The notes under the pieces were generated by a model, which saw only the letters and a program-made list of their open reading frames with translations, searched no databases and was not told the origin of the DNA. Of a stretch of 64,000 bases of DNA, positions 36,783 to 46,971 are shown piece after piece. The position numbers were made by a program, and so were the translations under genes. Source of the DNA: a virus (lineage: Duplodnaviria > Caudoviricetes); the IMG/VR virus record IMGVR_UViG_3300022305_000326, positions 1 to 64,000 of that record, one strand, 5' to 3'. The stretch's first letter is position 1. The number at the start of each line of letters is the position of its first letter.

Positions 36783-37721
36783 ATGAGTGATAATCATGTG
36801 TTGTATGTGGAAAGATATAGACCAAAAAAGATAGACGAATGTATTCTACCTATTCATCTTAAGGAAACATTCAAGGGATTCATTCAGAATAAGAACATTC
36901 CAAATCTTATTCTGAGTGGTTCTGCTGGTATCGGAAAGACTACGGTTGCAAGAGCATTGGCCGATGAACTGAATTATGATTTTCTTTTCATTAACGGTTC
37001 GAATGAAGGTAAGTTACTCGATACATTGCGTAATAAGATTCAGCAGTTTACGTCGTCAAAATCATTGGTCAACAAGAGAAAGTTGGTTCTTATTGACGAA
37101 GGCGATCAAATGCCCGAAGCCGTGCAGACAGCATTGAGAGCCTTCATCGAAAGTGTTTCTATGAATTGTAGCTTTATCATAACCTGTAACTATAGAAATA
37201 GAATCATTGCGCCATTGGCATCAAGATTTTCTGATGTTGAATTCACCTTACCTAAAAAGGAAACAGCCAGTTTACAAGCACAATATTTCAAGAGAATGAA
37301 GTCTATCCTAGATGAAAATTCAATTGAATATGATCCTACGGTTCTGGCAAAGGTAGTTTCGAAGAACTTCCCGGATTTTAGAAAAACGTTAAACAATATT
37401 CAGAAATATTCATCCAGAGGAAAGATTGATGAAGGTATCTTCTCGTCAATGGTTGATATGGATATGAAAAACATTATGGGTATGTTGAAATCCCGTAATT
37501 TCCGTGATACCAGACTTTGGGTATCATCGGTGACGGTTGAAATGCCACAATTGGTCAGAGGTCTATACGATGCACTATATGAGTACGTACAACCAGCATC
37601 TATACCAGATGCCGTATTGATCCTCAATAAGTATCAATATCAACATGCATTCGTAGTCGATCCAGAGATTAATATCATGGCAATGATGACCGAATTGATG
37701 TCAGAATTGGAGTGGAAATAA
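36783..37721 (+). CDS. gp44: Clamp loader large subunit
   Basis: ERYRPK.IDECILP; GSAGIGKTT; IDE; LRAFIE; PDFR. Confidence 0.96.
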   Translation: MSDNHVLYVERYRPKKIDECILPIHLKETFKGFIQNKNIPNLILSGSAGIGKTTVARALADELNYDFLFINGSNEGKLLDTLRNKIQQFTSSKSLVNKRKLVLIDEGDQMPEAVQTALRAFIESVSMNCSFIITCNYRNRIIAPLASRFSDVEFTLPKKETASLQAQYFKRMKSILDENSIEYDPTVLAKVVSKNFPDFRKTLNNIQKYSSRGKIDEGIFSSMVDMDMKNIMGMLKSRNFRDTRLWVSSVTVEMPQLVRGLYDALYEYVQPASIPDAVLILNKYQYQHAFVVDPEINIMAMMTELMSELEWK

Positions 37722-38107
37722 TGGAACTTAAAGATTTCATGAACTCCATAAATTTTGACAAAACTAACGTGATACGAAATGCAAGCGCACCAGAAGCAGC
37801 AGAAAAAATGTATCCGGCATTTGTTGTTAATAGAGGACTTTCATACTTTCCAGAGTGTATTTTCTACGTTAACGAAATCAATCTCTTAAATACAGTGGAT
37901 AGACTTCAACATTATGAATATCTTTTACATGCAATACCAAAGGGAAAGCGATTTTCTCGTTGGGGAAAGGCTGAAAAAGATGATGAAATTATAGGTTGTA
38001 TTATGAAAAAATACAATTATTCAAGAATTCGAGCAAAGGAAGTCTTGCCGATACTGTCGGATAATGATGTTGAAACTCTAATTAATTCATATAAAACAAC
38101 TAATTAG
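37721..38107 (+). CDS. gp62: Clamp loader small subunit (start probably 37721, TAATG-coupled)
   Basis: ELKDFMNSIN..K; YPAFVVNR.LS; KRFS.W. Confidence 0.93.
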   Translation: MELKDFMNSINFDKTNVIRNASAPEAAEKMYPAFVVNRGLSYFPECIFYVNEINLLNTVDRLQHYEYLLHAIPKGKRFSRWGKAEKDDEIIGCIMKKYNYSRIRAKEVLPILSDNDVETLINSYKTTN

Positions 38108-38116
38108 GAGATTCAA

Positions 38117-38551
38117 ATGTATAATGTGTTTTTGGGAGAGCTGAGTAGAGAACAAATTCTAACTCAGATGATAGAAGTCAGATTAACAAGACCTGATTCT
38201 TTCCTTATTATAAAAGAGACGTTGACGAGAATGGGAATCCCTAGCACTAATGGGAATAAACTGTTTCAGTCATGCCACATCTTTCATAAGAAGGGCAGAT
38301 TTTATATCGTCCATTTTAAAGAAATGTTAGCGATGGATGGACTCAATGTCACAATGTCATCTGAGGATTTAGCAAGACGTAACGCAATTGCGCTCCAACT
38401 TGAAGAATGGAGATTGATCACAATTGTTGATCATGGTAACATTTCTCATGGGGAAATCGATTTGTTCATCCTGCCACATGAAAATAAAAAGGATTGGGCA
38501 CTGATACCGAAATACTCAATGGGTAAGAAAATTGTTAGAGGAGATAGTTGA
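38117..38551 (+). CDS. regA: Translational repressor RegA
   Basis: FL..KETLTRMGI; LFQSCHI.HK.G.FYIVHFKE...DG; RRN.IA..L..W; W.L.PKY. Confidence 0.96.
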   Translation: MYNVFLGELSREQILTQMIEVRLTRPDSFLIIKETLTRMGIPSTNGNKLFQSCHIFHKKGRFYIVHFKEMLAMDGLNVTMSSEDLARRNAIALQLEEWRLITIVDHGNISHGEIDLFILPHENKKDWALIPKYSMGKKIVRGDS

Positions 38552-38883
38552 TGAGTGAAGTTGAAGATACTAAAGAAGTAGCAGCGATAAGACTTAATAC
38601 CGGAGAAGTCTTAGTTGGATATATGGAAGACATGAGTCCGGGTGTTATGATTATGCGAGACTTAATGAGTATAGAGGCAAGGCCCGGTGCTGGTGGTCAG
38701 ATGTCGTTAGGGCTTGGTCCATTCATCCCGTTCTGTGCAGATTCAACATTTTCAATTTTGACGAATTCTGTGCAGATGATGTTTACGCTTGACGCATCTA
38801 TTGTTGAGAATTATAAGTCGATTATAAAAAGACTCAAGACTGGTTTGATTGTACCGGAAGAAAAGAAGATAATTTTGGGGTAA
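38551..38883 (+). CDS. Conserved T4-like hypothetical protein (Sm-like beta fold) preceding gp43
   Basis: IRLNTGE.LVG; C-terminal GLIVPE.K.II; position typical of marine/freshwater T4-like phages. Confidence 0.6.
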   Translation: MSEVEDTKEVAAIRLNTGEVLVGYMEDMSPGVMIMRDLMSIEARPGAGGQMSLGLGPFIPFCADSTFSILTNSVQMMFTLDASIVENYKSIIKRLKTGLIVPEEKKIILG

Positions 38884-38885
38884 GA

Positions 38886-41465
38886 ATGATATATTCTAAT
38901 TTTGTGTTGATGGGTGACACCTTTCTTGTCAGAGGCTATGATGATAAAGGTAAGCCATTCAAGAAGCGTGAGAAGCCGTTAGTTTCAGTTTTCATGAAAG
39001 ACTCTGATATTCCACCATCAGAGTTTACTGATATGTTTGGTGACGAACTGTCAGAAATAACATTCTCAAGTGTGTGGGAAGCTAAGAAGTTCATCAAAGA
39101 AGCGGAACAGCCACTCTACTACAACCATCGTTTTCCATATGAGTTGATTAATAGAATGTTTCCGGGTAAGGTCGAAGTCGATATCAGTAAACTGAAAATA
39201 TGCAATATCGACATCGAATGTGAATCTGAAAACGGATTCCCTATTCCAGAGGAAGCAGCAGAAGTTGTCAATGCAATTACGTTTGCTGTAAATGATACTT
39301 ATCATGTGTTTGGTCTAACCGAGACGTTCGACACTTCAGCTATTATTCTTACCAATGGTGAAGATATCAAATATCATTCATCGGTTACAGAAGAAGAGCT
39401 ATTGAAGAATTTCGTTACGGTATGGCAGGATAATTATCCAGATATCGTGACTGGATGGAACTGCGAATTCTTCGATTTTCCATATCTGGCTAATCGTATC
39501 AATAACATATTAGGTGAAGATTGGTTATTCAAACTTTCTCCTTGGAAGAAAGTTGAAATCCAGATGAAGAAGAATGATTTCGGTCAGGAAGTCCAATCTG
39601 TTAGTATATCTGGAATTGCTATTCTGGATTATATTGCTCTGTACAAGAAATTTAGACTTAAACGCCGCGACAGCTATAGACTTAGTAATATTGCAGAAGT
39701 TGAAGGTATCGAACAGCAGAAGATGACATACGATGAACACAAGACTCTCAAGGACTTGTACCGTAATGACTATCAGAAGTATTTGAGATATAACATGCAG
39801 GACGTTAGAACTGTCAAATATCTCGATAAGAAACTGAACTATATTCTACTGTCTGTCACGTTGGCATATCAGGCTAAGGTCAATTTCGATGACGTTCTTT
39901 CACAGGTAAGAATGTGGGAATGCATCATCATGAACGAACTTTATGATATGAAAATGATTCCTGAGATTAAGCCACGAGGGATAAAAACCGATAAACTAGT
40001 TGGGGCATATGTCAAGGATGCAGAACCGGGATCAGATCATTGGTTAGTTTCACTCGACTTGAACAGTCTGTATCCTTCGCTTATCAGAATGTTAAACGTA
40101 TCACCAGATACCATTCTACAATCCTCACCGAAGGGTACAGTGGACAAAGATAAGTTGAACAGTATTATCGATGAGTTTATCAATAATAGAAAACCTATCC
40201 ATGACGGTATCCATATTCAAGCATTTAATAAGTCTAAGTTCCGCAAGGATAAACAGGGCATCATTCCATATCTTGTAACTAAGATGTATCAGGATAGAAA
40301 GAAATATAAGAACCTGATGCTTAAAAAGAAGAAGGAATTACAGGATGCTGAAAAGGTAGGTGATTCAGTTTTGATCGCCAATCTGACGAATGAAGTTGCG
40401 AAGTTTAGTACGATGCAGGAATCGTTGAAGGTATGTTTGAACTCAGTTTACGGTGCAACTGGTAATCAATATTTCATGTTTTTCGATGCAAGATCAGCCG
40501 AAGCGGTTACAACGACAGGTCAGGCAGCAATCAAATGGATTTCTGTTAGATTGAACGAATACATGAATAAATTACTGAAGACAGCGGATATCGATTACGT
40601 GAAGTATATTGACACCGATTCTGTCACATTGAAAATGTATCCACTGGTCAAGCACGTCTATGGTGATAACGTTCCAGAAGATGCCAATGTCATTGCCGAC
40701 TTTCTATTGAAGGTTTTCGATACTAAAATTCTTCCGTTTATCGATAAGATGTATGATGAATTTAAGCAGCACATCAATGCTGACGAAAACCATCTATCAT
40801 TGAAGATCGACACAATTACCAGAAAGGCATTATACCTAACCAAGAAGCGATACATCTACGAGGTTATTGATGCTGAAGGTATTAGACATGATCCACCAGA
40901 AATGAAAATCATGGGTTTGCAGGCTATCAAATCATCGACCCCAGCAGCTTCTAGAGTCAAATTGAAAGAAGGTATCATGAAAATTTTCCATGGTACTGAG
41001 AGCGAATGTAGGAAGTTTTCTACAGAGTTCAAAAAGGAACATGACAGCCTTCCAGTCGAAGATATTGCAGCACCGTCAGGGATCAGTAATATCACAAAAT
41101 ATGAAGATAGAACAACCGTATATAGAAAAGGTACACCAGCACACGTTAAAGCGGCTCTAGTCTATAACAAGGCAATTGATGATTTGGGTCTTGGGTCGAA
41201 ATATAGAAAGATCATGGGTGGTGACAAGATCAAATATGTGCTGTTGAGGATGCCGAATCCATTACATCAGGAAGCTATTGCATTTGTCGACTACATGCCA
41301 ACAGAAATTATGGAAGCATATAACCTGAACAAATATATCGACCGAAAGGAATTATTTGAAAAGAACTTCCTTTCACCATACAATGACATGGTAGAAGGTG
41401 CGGGATTCAAAACTGGTACCAGAGGTAGTTTGGCTATATTATTTGCTAAAAGAGAAACTAAATGA
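38886..41465 (+). CDS. gp43: Family B DNA polymerase
   Basis: DIE exonuclease motif; TGWN..FFD; DLNSLYPS; K..LNS.YG; YIDTDS; KKRY; C-terminal clamp motif SLAILF. Confidence 0.97.
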   Translation: MIYSNFVLMGDTFLVRGYDDKGKPFKKREKPLVSVFMKDSDIPPSEFTDMFGDELSEITFSSVWEAKKFIKEAEQPLYYNHRFPYELINRMFPGKVEVDISKLKICNIDIECESENGFPIPEEAAEVVNAITFAVNDTYHVFGLTETFDTSAIILTNGEDIKYHSSVTEEELLKNFVTVWQDNYPDIVTGWNCEFFDFPYLANRINNILGEDWLFKLSPWKKVEIQMKKNDFGQEVQSVSISGIAILDYIALYKKFRLKRRDSYRLSNIAEVEGIEQQKMTYDEHKTLKDLYRNDYQKYLRYNMQDVRTVKYLDKKLNYILLSVTLAYQAKVNFDDVLSQVRMWECIIMNELYDMKMIPEIKPRGIKTDKLVGAYVKDAEPGSDHWLVSLDLNSLYPSLIRMLNVSPDTILQSSPKGTVDKDKLNSIIDEFINNRKPIHDGIHIQAFNKSKFRKDKQGIIPYLVTKMYQDRKKYKNLMLKKKKELQDAEKVGDSVLIANLTNEVAKFSTMQESLKVCLNSVYGATGNQYFMFFDARSAEAVTTTGQAAIKWISVRLNEYMNKLLKTADIDYVKYIDTDSVTLKMYPLVKHVYGDNVPEDANVIADFLLKVFDTKILPFIDKMYDEFKQHINADENHLSLKIDTITRKALYLTKKRYIYEVIDAEGIRHDPPEMKIMGLQAIKSSTPAASRVKLKEGIMKIFHGTESECRKFSTEFKKEHDSLPVEDIAAPSGISNITKYEDRTTVYRKGTPAHVKAALVYNKAIDDLGLGSKYRKIMGGDKIKYVLLRMPNPLHQEAIAFVDYMPTEIMEAYNLNKYIDRKELFEKNFLSPYNDMVEGAGFKTGTRGSLAILFAKRETK

Positions 41466-42553
41466 ATACAAAATTGTTAGACAGATTGATTAAAAATACC
41501 AAAATCAAGGGTGCGGATACCATGAATGATTCCGCATTCTTCTTACCACCAGAGGAAGTATCAACACCAGTCTATGCACTCAATATTGCATTGAGTGGGT
41601 CTTTATATGGTGGATATGATTATGGTGTGTATGGTTGGGCAGGCGAATCGAAGTCATTTAAGACTATGTTCGGCTTGATTATGATGAAATGCTACTTGGA
41701 TAAGTATCCAAACGCAGTTGCTATATTCTACGATACAGAGTTTGGCGCATCACTTGAATATTTCAAGAACGTTGGAATTGACGTTAAACGTGTAGTTCAT
41801 ATCCCGATCATGAACCTAGAAGAACTCAAATTCGATATGGTCGGACAACTTGATGCTTTGGAGCATGGTGATAAGGTATTCTTCTTCATCGATTCCATCG
41901 GAAACATTGCGTCTAAGAAAGAACTTGAAGATGCCAAGGAAGGTAAGGGTACTCAGGACATGAGCCGTGCCAAGCAATTAAAATCTTTCTGGAGAATGGT
42001 AACCCCATACATCAAGACCAAGAAATTACCATGTTGGGCAATTCACCACATTTACATGGAACAGGGGTCAATGTACCCAAAGGCCGTCGTTAGTGGCGGT
42101 ACAGGTGGCATCTATTCAAGTGACGGTATCTATATGGTCACTAAGTCTCAGAATAAGGATGGTAAAGATTTACTCGGTTATAACTTTACGATTGTCATTA
42201 ACAAATCTCGTAAGGTCATTGAACAATCTAAGATTCCGATTACAGTGAATTTTGGTGATAGTATCAATCCTTATACTGGCCTGTTCGATCTAGCTATGGA
42301 AAGCGGTCATATTATCGCACCTAAGCAGGGATATTACACTAGAGTTATTGTCGATAAGACTACGGGTGAAGTGAAGCCAGATAAGAATTGGCGCAGAGCA
42401 GACGCAGAAACGTCTAAAGAGTTTTGGAATCCGGTCCTCAATGAGAGTGATTTCCCTGAATGGGTCAAGACAAACTTCCAGCTAGCAAATAGTCAGTTGT
42501 TTAATGATGAAGATGAATTTGCGAAGATCGTGGGTGATGATGATGTGGAATAA
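41462..42553 (+). CDS. uvsX: RecA-like recombinase
   Basis: LNIALSG; GESKSFKT; YDTEFG; IDSIGN.ASKKE.ED; DM.RAK.LKS; SGGTG. Confidence 0.96.
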   Translation: MNTKLLDRLIKNTKIKGADTMNDSAFFLPPEEVSTPVYALNIALSGSLYGGYDYGVYGWAGESKSFKTMFGLIMMKCYLDKYPNAVAIFYDTEFGASLEYFKNVGIDVKRVVHIPIMNLEELKFDMVGQLDALEHGDKVFFFIDSIGNIASKKELEDAKEGKGTQDMSRAKQLKSFWRMVTPYIKTKKLPCWAIHHIYMEQGSMYPKAVVSGGTGGIYSSDGIYMVTKSQNKDGKDLLGYNFTIVINKSRKVIEQSKIPITVNFGDSINPYTGLFDLAMESGHIIAPKQGYYTRVIVDKTTGEVKPDKNWRRADAETSKEFWNPVLNESDFPEWVKTNFQLANSQLFNDEDEFAKIVGDDDVE

Positions 42554-42944
42554 GATAAAATCTTGGTTCAAAAATGACGATTCTTATAGAATCGTCATTT
42601 TGTCTGACATTCAGTTAGAATCATCTAAATTAGACGAACGACAGAGTGAAGAATTACAATCAATCGGGTTCGAAATTACTGGCGGTAAATTCAAAGGCGT
42701 AACTGCAAGATTACGTTCGGTTATACAACGCCCCGTCCCGGATCAACCAGATGATGACCGTAGATTATATTTGATATTCGATTATGTCGTTATCGGAATA
42801 CCGAAGAAATGTAATTACACGTTAGATGATATCAATGATGAGAACACCAGTATTGGTTTAGCCTTCACTGATATTGCCAGACCAATGTTTGAAAATTTCA
42901 TGCAACAAGTAGTATCACATTATAATGAGACGCCAAATGACTAA
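42537..42944 (+). CDS. gp40-like hypothetical protein, copy 1 (start uncertain, 42537-42543)
   Basis: I.GGKFKGV...L.FDY.V..IP pattern; occupies the gp40 slot between uvsX and gp41. Confidence 0.4.
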   Translation: MMMWNKIKSWFKNDDSYRIVILSDIQLESSKLDERQSEELQSIGFEITGGKFKGVTARLRSVIQRPVPDQPDDDRRLYLIFDYVVIGIPKKCNYTLDDINDENTSIGLAFTDIARPMFENFMQQVVSHYNETPND

Positions 42945-43224
42945 TAAAACTGAATTAACGATTTTAGATGATACCAGTAAATTTAATGGTGTAAAATTAC
43001 TGCTGTGGAATTTTGGTATAGATGATGAAGCTTCATTATTAACATATCAATATGAGGTGTTATCTATTCCTGATGGGGTAGAATACACGAAATATTCGTT
43101 GGAAAATATTGAAGAACCAGCTACACTAGAGTTCCAGCAAACCATAGGGAATATAATCCTATCAGCATTGGAAAATGAAATGTTGAATCGCGGATTGGAT
43201 ATGGATTTATTAGATAGAGAGTGA
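42937..43224 (+). CDS. gp40-like hypothetical protein, copy 2
   Basis: KFNGV...LTYQYEV.SIP...EFQQTIGNII; same slot. Confidence 0.45.
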   Translation: MTNKTELTILDDTSKFNGVKLLLWNFGIDDEASLLTYQYEVLSIPDGVEYTKYSLENIEEPATLEFQQTIGNIILSALENEMLNRGLDMDLLDRE

Positions 43225-43225
43225 A

Positions 43226-44767
43226 ATGACAAACACAGAATTGATGATGTTCAGAGGTATTTTGCAGAATGAGGACTATTATCGTAGAGTAATGCCTCAT
43301 CTGAAAGTCGAATACTTCCAGAACAATGATACCTTGAAAGTTTTATTTGAAATAGTAGCGGAATATTCATCGAAGTACAATACCGTGCCTAGCAGAATGG
43401 CAATTGATACCATGATGGAGAATCGTGCTGGTATTAGAGAATCGACAGAAAAATCATTAGCATCTGAATTGGATGTCATCTATTCTGAATCATTTAACGA
43501 AGATTTGAATTATGCGGTTGATAGTGCAGAGAAATTCTGTCAAGAAACCGCAGTATTCAACGCTATTCAAGAGTCTATCCAGATTCTTGATGGTGAATCT
43601 AAGAAACTGACAAAGAATGCTATTCCGCAGTTGTTGCAACAGGCTTTGAGTGTAGTATTCAATACTTCGGTTGGTCACGATTATTTCGAAGATGCAGCCC
43701 TTCGATTTGATTCGTATCACGATGATGTTGAGCGTATTCCGTTTTCGATATCGCTACTTAATAAAATTACAAAGCGTGGGTTACCTAAAAAGACGATGGC
43801 ATGTATCATCGCCCCTACAGGTGTCGGTAAATCCACCATCATGTGCGATTTTGCAACGGACAATATCCGAAAGGGTAAGAACGTACTATACATCACGCTT
43901 GAAATGTCAGAAGAACGTATTTCTGAACGTATTGATGCTAATCTGTTGGATATTGACTTAGACCAATTAGCTAATATGTCTAAGGAAAGATATCTCCGTA
44001 AAATCACGGCAGCAAGAGAAAAATGTCCGGGTAAACTGATCGTCAAGGAATACCCAACTGGCGAAGCTGGCGCAAATCATTTCAGATATCTTCTACAAGA
44101 ATTGAAGACTAAAAAGAATTTCGTTCCTGACGTAATCTATATCGACTATCTTAACCTATGTTCTTCAACCAAGATCAAGGGTCGTGAAAATACTTACGTT
44201 TTGATCAAGGGTATCGCAGAAGAACTTAGAGCATTGGCAGTTGAGCAAAATGTACTTATTATCACAGCGTCACAGACCAACCGTAATGGTCAGGGGGCAT
44301 CAGATTATGATCTTAGCGACGTATCGGAATCACATGGTCTTGCTATGACCTGTGACTTTATTTTGGCTGTTATTTCGACGGATGAATTAGAAAAAAGTAA
44401 GCGATTACGATTCAAGCAGTTCAAGAATCGGTTCGGGTCTGTATCGGATATTCCGTCATTCCTAGTCGGTATAGATAGAGCTAGAATGAAATTGTATGAT
44501 ATCGATAACCAGTTTGCATCCGAAGGCCCACCGAAAGCTGCCGTTTCTTATTCGACACCAGTACCAGTCCAACCAGAACGCAAGGTCGAAAATTTCTTCT
44601 CGACTGGAAAGAAGGATAAGAGTAAAGCCAAAAAACCGTTGATGGTTGATGAGGATAGTGACTTCACAGGGGTAATTGATATCATGAATATAAAACCAGT
44701 TATAAAACCGGGATATGAAAATCCGTTAGAAGTTTCGGATGATGATGTCCCACCATGGGATATTTAA
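43226..44767 (+). CDS. gp41: Replicative helicase with C-terminal extension
   Basis: APTGVGKS; NVLYITLEMSEE.I.ERIDANL; KEYPT; IDYLN; IAEELR; QTNR; SES.GL..T.D; K.R. Confidence 0.96.
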   Translation: MTNTELMMFRGILQNEDYYRRVMPHLKVEYFQNNDTLKVLFEIVAEYSSKYNTVPSRMAIDTMMENRAGIRESTEKSLASELDVIYSESFNEDLNYAVDSAEKFCQETAVFNAIQESIQILDGESKKLTKNAIPQLLQQALSVVFNTSVGHDYFEDAALRFDSYHDDVERIPFSISLLNKITKRGLPKKTMACIIAPTGVGKSTIMCDFATDNIRKGKNVLYITLEMSEERISERIDANLLDIDLDQLANMSKERYLRKITAAREKCPGKLIVKEYPTGEAGANHFRYLLQELKTKKNFVPDVIYIDYLNLCSSTKIKGRENTYVLIKGIAEELRALAVEQNVLIITASQTNRNGQGASDYDLSDVSESHGLAMTCDFILAVISTDELEKSKRLRFKQFKNRFGSVSDIPSFLVGIDRARMKLYDIDNQFASEGPPKAAVSYSTPVPVQPERKVENFFSTGKKDKSKAKKPLMVDEDSDFTGVIDIMNIKPVIKPGYENPLEVSDDDVPPWDI

Positions 44768-44769
44768 TA

Positions 44770-44777
44770 GATAAATA
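44770..44777 (+). promoter_or_regulatory. Late promoter box GATAAATA
   Basis: Immediately after the gp41 stop, upstream of 44812. Confidence 0.6.
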
Positions 44778-44811
44778 GAAATTACAATCGACTCAACTAT
44801 TTGGATAACAT

Positions 44812-45336
44812 ATGACACTTCTAGAAAAATTATCTATGACAAGAGATATTAATGACATTCCGTTTGATCGCGCACTAGAGAATGCGCTGGTCAAGATGGG
44901 ATTAAAAAATCCAGCCAAAGATTCTGATATCTCTCATGACTCTGGTAAAGATGAAACCTCAATGTCTACTATGACACCTACATCCCCAAAGGTTGATGTT
45001 GCAGAACCAGACAACGATGATGACGAAAATCATCCTGATAAGTCGGAAAAGAAGACTTGGGAATATGGATATCCAAGAGGTGAGGGATATCATTCGTATC
45101 CTACATCAACAGGCTACACTTATTCTGGACCACTAAAACTCGCATTAGCCATTGATGAAGCCTCCCCACTGGATATTATGATGGCCATCCATAAGGAAGT
45201 TATTCTCGAAAAGAATGACAAGGTTGCATCCTTTATCGTAGTCACAAAAACTGGTCAGAAGTATAACGCTCATACATACGAAGAAGCAGTTAAACTGAAG
45301 GCTCAGTACGGCGGCAAAATTGAAAGAGGATTGTAA
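44812..45336 (+). CDS. Hypothetical protein (possible internal head protein)
   Basis: First gene after late box; disordered acidic segment; TAATG-coupled to the ART gene. Confidence 0.5.
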   Translation: MTLLEKLSMTRDINDIPFDRALENALVKMGLKNPAKDSDISHDSGKDETSMSTMTPTSPKVDVAEPDNDDDENHPDKSEKKTWEYGYPRGEGYHSYPTSTGYTYSGPLKLALAIDEASPLDIMMAIHKEVILEKNDKVASFIVVTKTGQKYNAHTYEEAVKLKAQYGGKIERGL

Positions 45337-46316
45337 TGTCATTTGTTACCCATAATTGGTTCGATCCTGAACTGGAACTTACCAAAAAAATAAAAAGCAA
45401 TATTTTCAATATTGCTAGAAATGATCATGAAAATGGTCATGAAGATGAAGATAATGATGATATCCCGGCATCATTTGCCGGGATAGGTCAGCATTCTGTT
45501 GATTCTGGATTATCTGAAGATTCCGAGCAGTTTCTACAACCAGATGTACATCTTACACAAGAACATCGCATCAAAGCAAAACATTTACATGATAGTTTGA
45601 AGCATCATTATCATATAATGAACGGTTCAGATGTGATGGAACATCATCTGGAAAATACACCATCTGACGAATATGATTCGCATGTTGAATCATTACCTCA
45701 TCATGATAAACCAGCAGATGATACAACTAAATTTAAACATGCGGCAGCAGTTGGTCAATACACACTGAGTTCAACAGCTTTAAATAAATCTCTGTTGAAA
45801 AGACATTCTGACATGGTCGAGTCCGGAAAAACGAATTCTCATACGTCTAATGCCATAAAGGGAATTGATCATCCATCAATTAAGTCGTATATTCACAATA
45901 TCAGTGCCTTAGATAATTTGACCAGAGATCATATTAAAACGCCACATGAATTGGACCTATTCACTGGTATTCATACTGATCCTAGTAAAATTACAAATAA
46001 ATATGGTAAGGTACATTTACCTGCATACACATCATCGACAACTAACTATGACACTGGTAAATTTTTCGCAAAGCTTAAATCTGGTGCTGGAGATTCACCG
46101 AAATCTGGAATAGTGAGTCATGTACTTCGTATTAAATATCCAAAAGATTCAAATGGTGCATACATTGCACATCATTCCAATCACACGTCAGAGCATGAAT
46201 TTCTCTTACCAAGAGGGTTGACTTTGAAAATCCATAAGAATCCAACAAAAATGATCGACAAATACGGGTCGGAGATTCATATCCATGACGCAGAACCAGT
46301 TAAGGGACACAAATAA
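45336..46316 (+). CDS. His-rich ADP-ribosyltransferase (VIP2/Alt-like fold)
   Basis: YT.SS..LN..L, LFTG, LPAYTSST, VLRI.YPK...GAYI, EHEFLLPRG..LKI. Confidence 0.8.
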   Translation: MSFVTHNWFDPELELTKKIKSNIFNIARNDHENGHEDEDNDDIPASFAGIGQHSVDSGLSEDSEQFLQPDVHLTQEHRIKAKHLHDSLKHHYHIMNGSDVMEHHLENTPSDEYDSHVESLPHHDKPADDTTKFKHAAAVGQYTLSSTALNKSLLKRHSDMVESGKTNSHTSNAIKGIDHPSIKSYIHNISALDNLTRDHIKTPHELDLFTGIHTDPSKITNKYGKVHLPAYTSSTTNYDTGKFFAKLKSGAGDSPKSGIVSHVLRIKYPKDSNGAYIAHHSNHTSEHEFLLPRGLTLKIHKNPTKMIDKYGSEIHIHDAEPVKGHK

Positions 46317-46582
46317 TGTCATTTACAAATAATAATTTTGATATGCGTGACCCGTTAGTTAAACTGGTCATGTCATTCTTGTCTGAACAGAGTGGTATCC
46401 CTGACGACAGCGATATGGAGACTGGTGAGGTAGAACAGCAGCCGACAGCAGCAGAGTTCAAGAAAGGTACTCAGCCCGAAAATGAACTCACTGACACCAT
46501 TCAAATAAATCCTGATATGTCATCAACTACACAGTCTCCAGATAGTCAAGACAACTCATATACCTACAACGCCCAACAGTAA
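46316..46582 (+). CDS. Small acidic hypothetical protein
   Basis: Translationally coupled; MSF start like the ART gene; I.INP motif. Confidence 0.55.
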   Translation: MSFTNNNFDMRDPLVKLVMSFLSEQSGIPDDSDMETGEVEQQPTAAEFKKGTQPENELTDTIQINPDMSSTTQSPDSQDNSYTYNAQQ

Positions 46583-46584
46583 TT

Positions 46585-46971
46585 ATGACATTTAATGCGA
46601 TTCAGTATTCCTTCCAGTTATGGGTGACGGAAGGAAATTCACCACTAAAATTCAGAGAATTCAAAGATGAATATAGTAAATTCATCTTCATAGGAAGGAT
46701 ACTGAAATCATATAAGTTGAAAAATAACCTAAACATAAGATTATTACTGAATCACATTATAATCCTTTATAATATTTTCGGTGAAAAGATAACACCTCTA
46801 TTCTTCCTCACCACTGATGAAAGTGTATGGCCAGAAATCCATGCAATCCTTCAATACCTAAATCGTGTTCCGATCCCACCAACTATAGTGATAAGTGAAT
46901 ATTCTATAGTCATTGATCTGAACGAATACCCTGCTAATGTGGACGTTATTAAACTACTTGAGACGTTATGA
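46585..46971 (+). CDS. Conserved T4-like hypothetical protein
   Basis: EF..E...F..I.R....Y.....L..RLLLNHIIILYNIFG signature seen in environmental T4-like phages. Confidence 0.7.
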   Translation: MTFNAIQYSFQLWVTEGNSPLKFREFKDEYSKFIFIGRILKSYKLKNNLNIRLLLNHIIILYNIFGEKITPLFFLTTDESVWPEIHAILQYLNRVPIPPTIVISEYSIVIDLNEYPANVDVIKLLETL

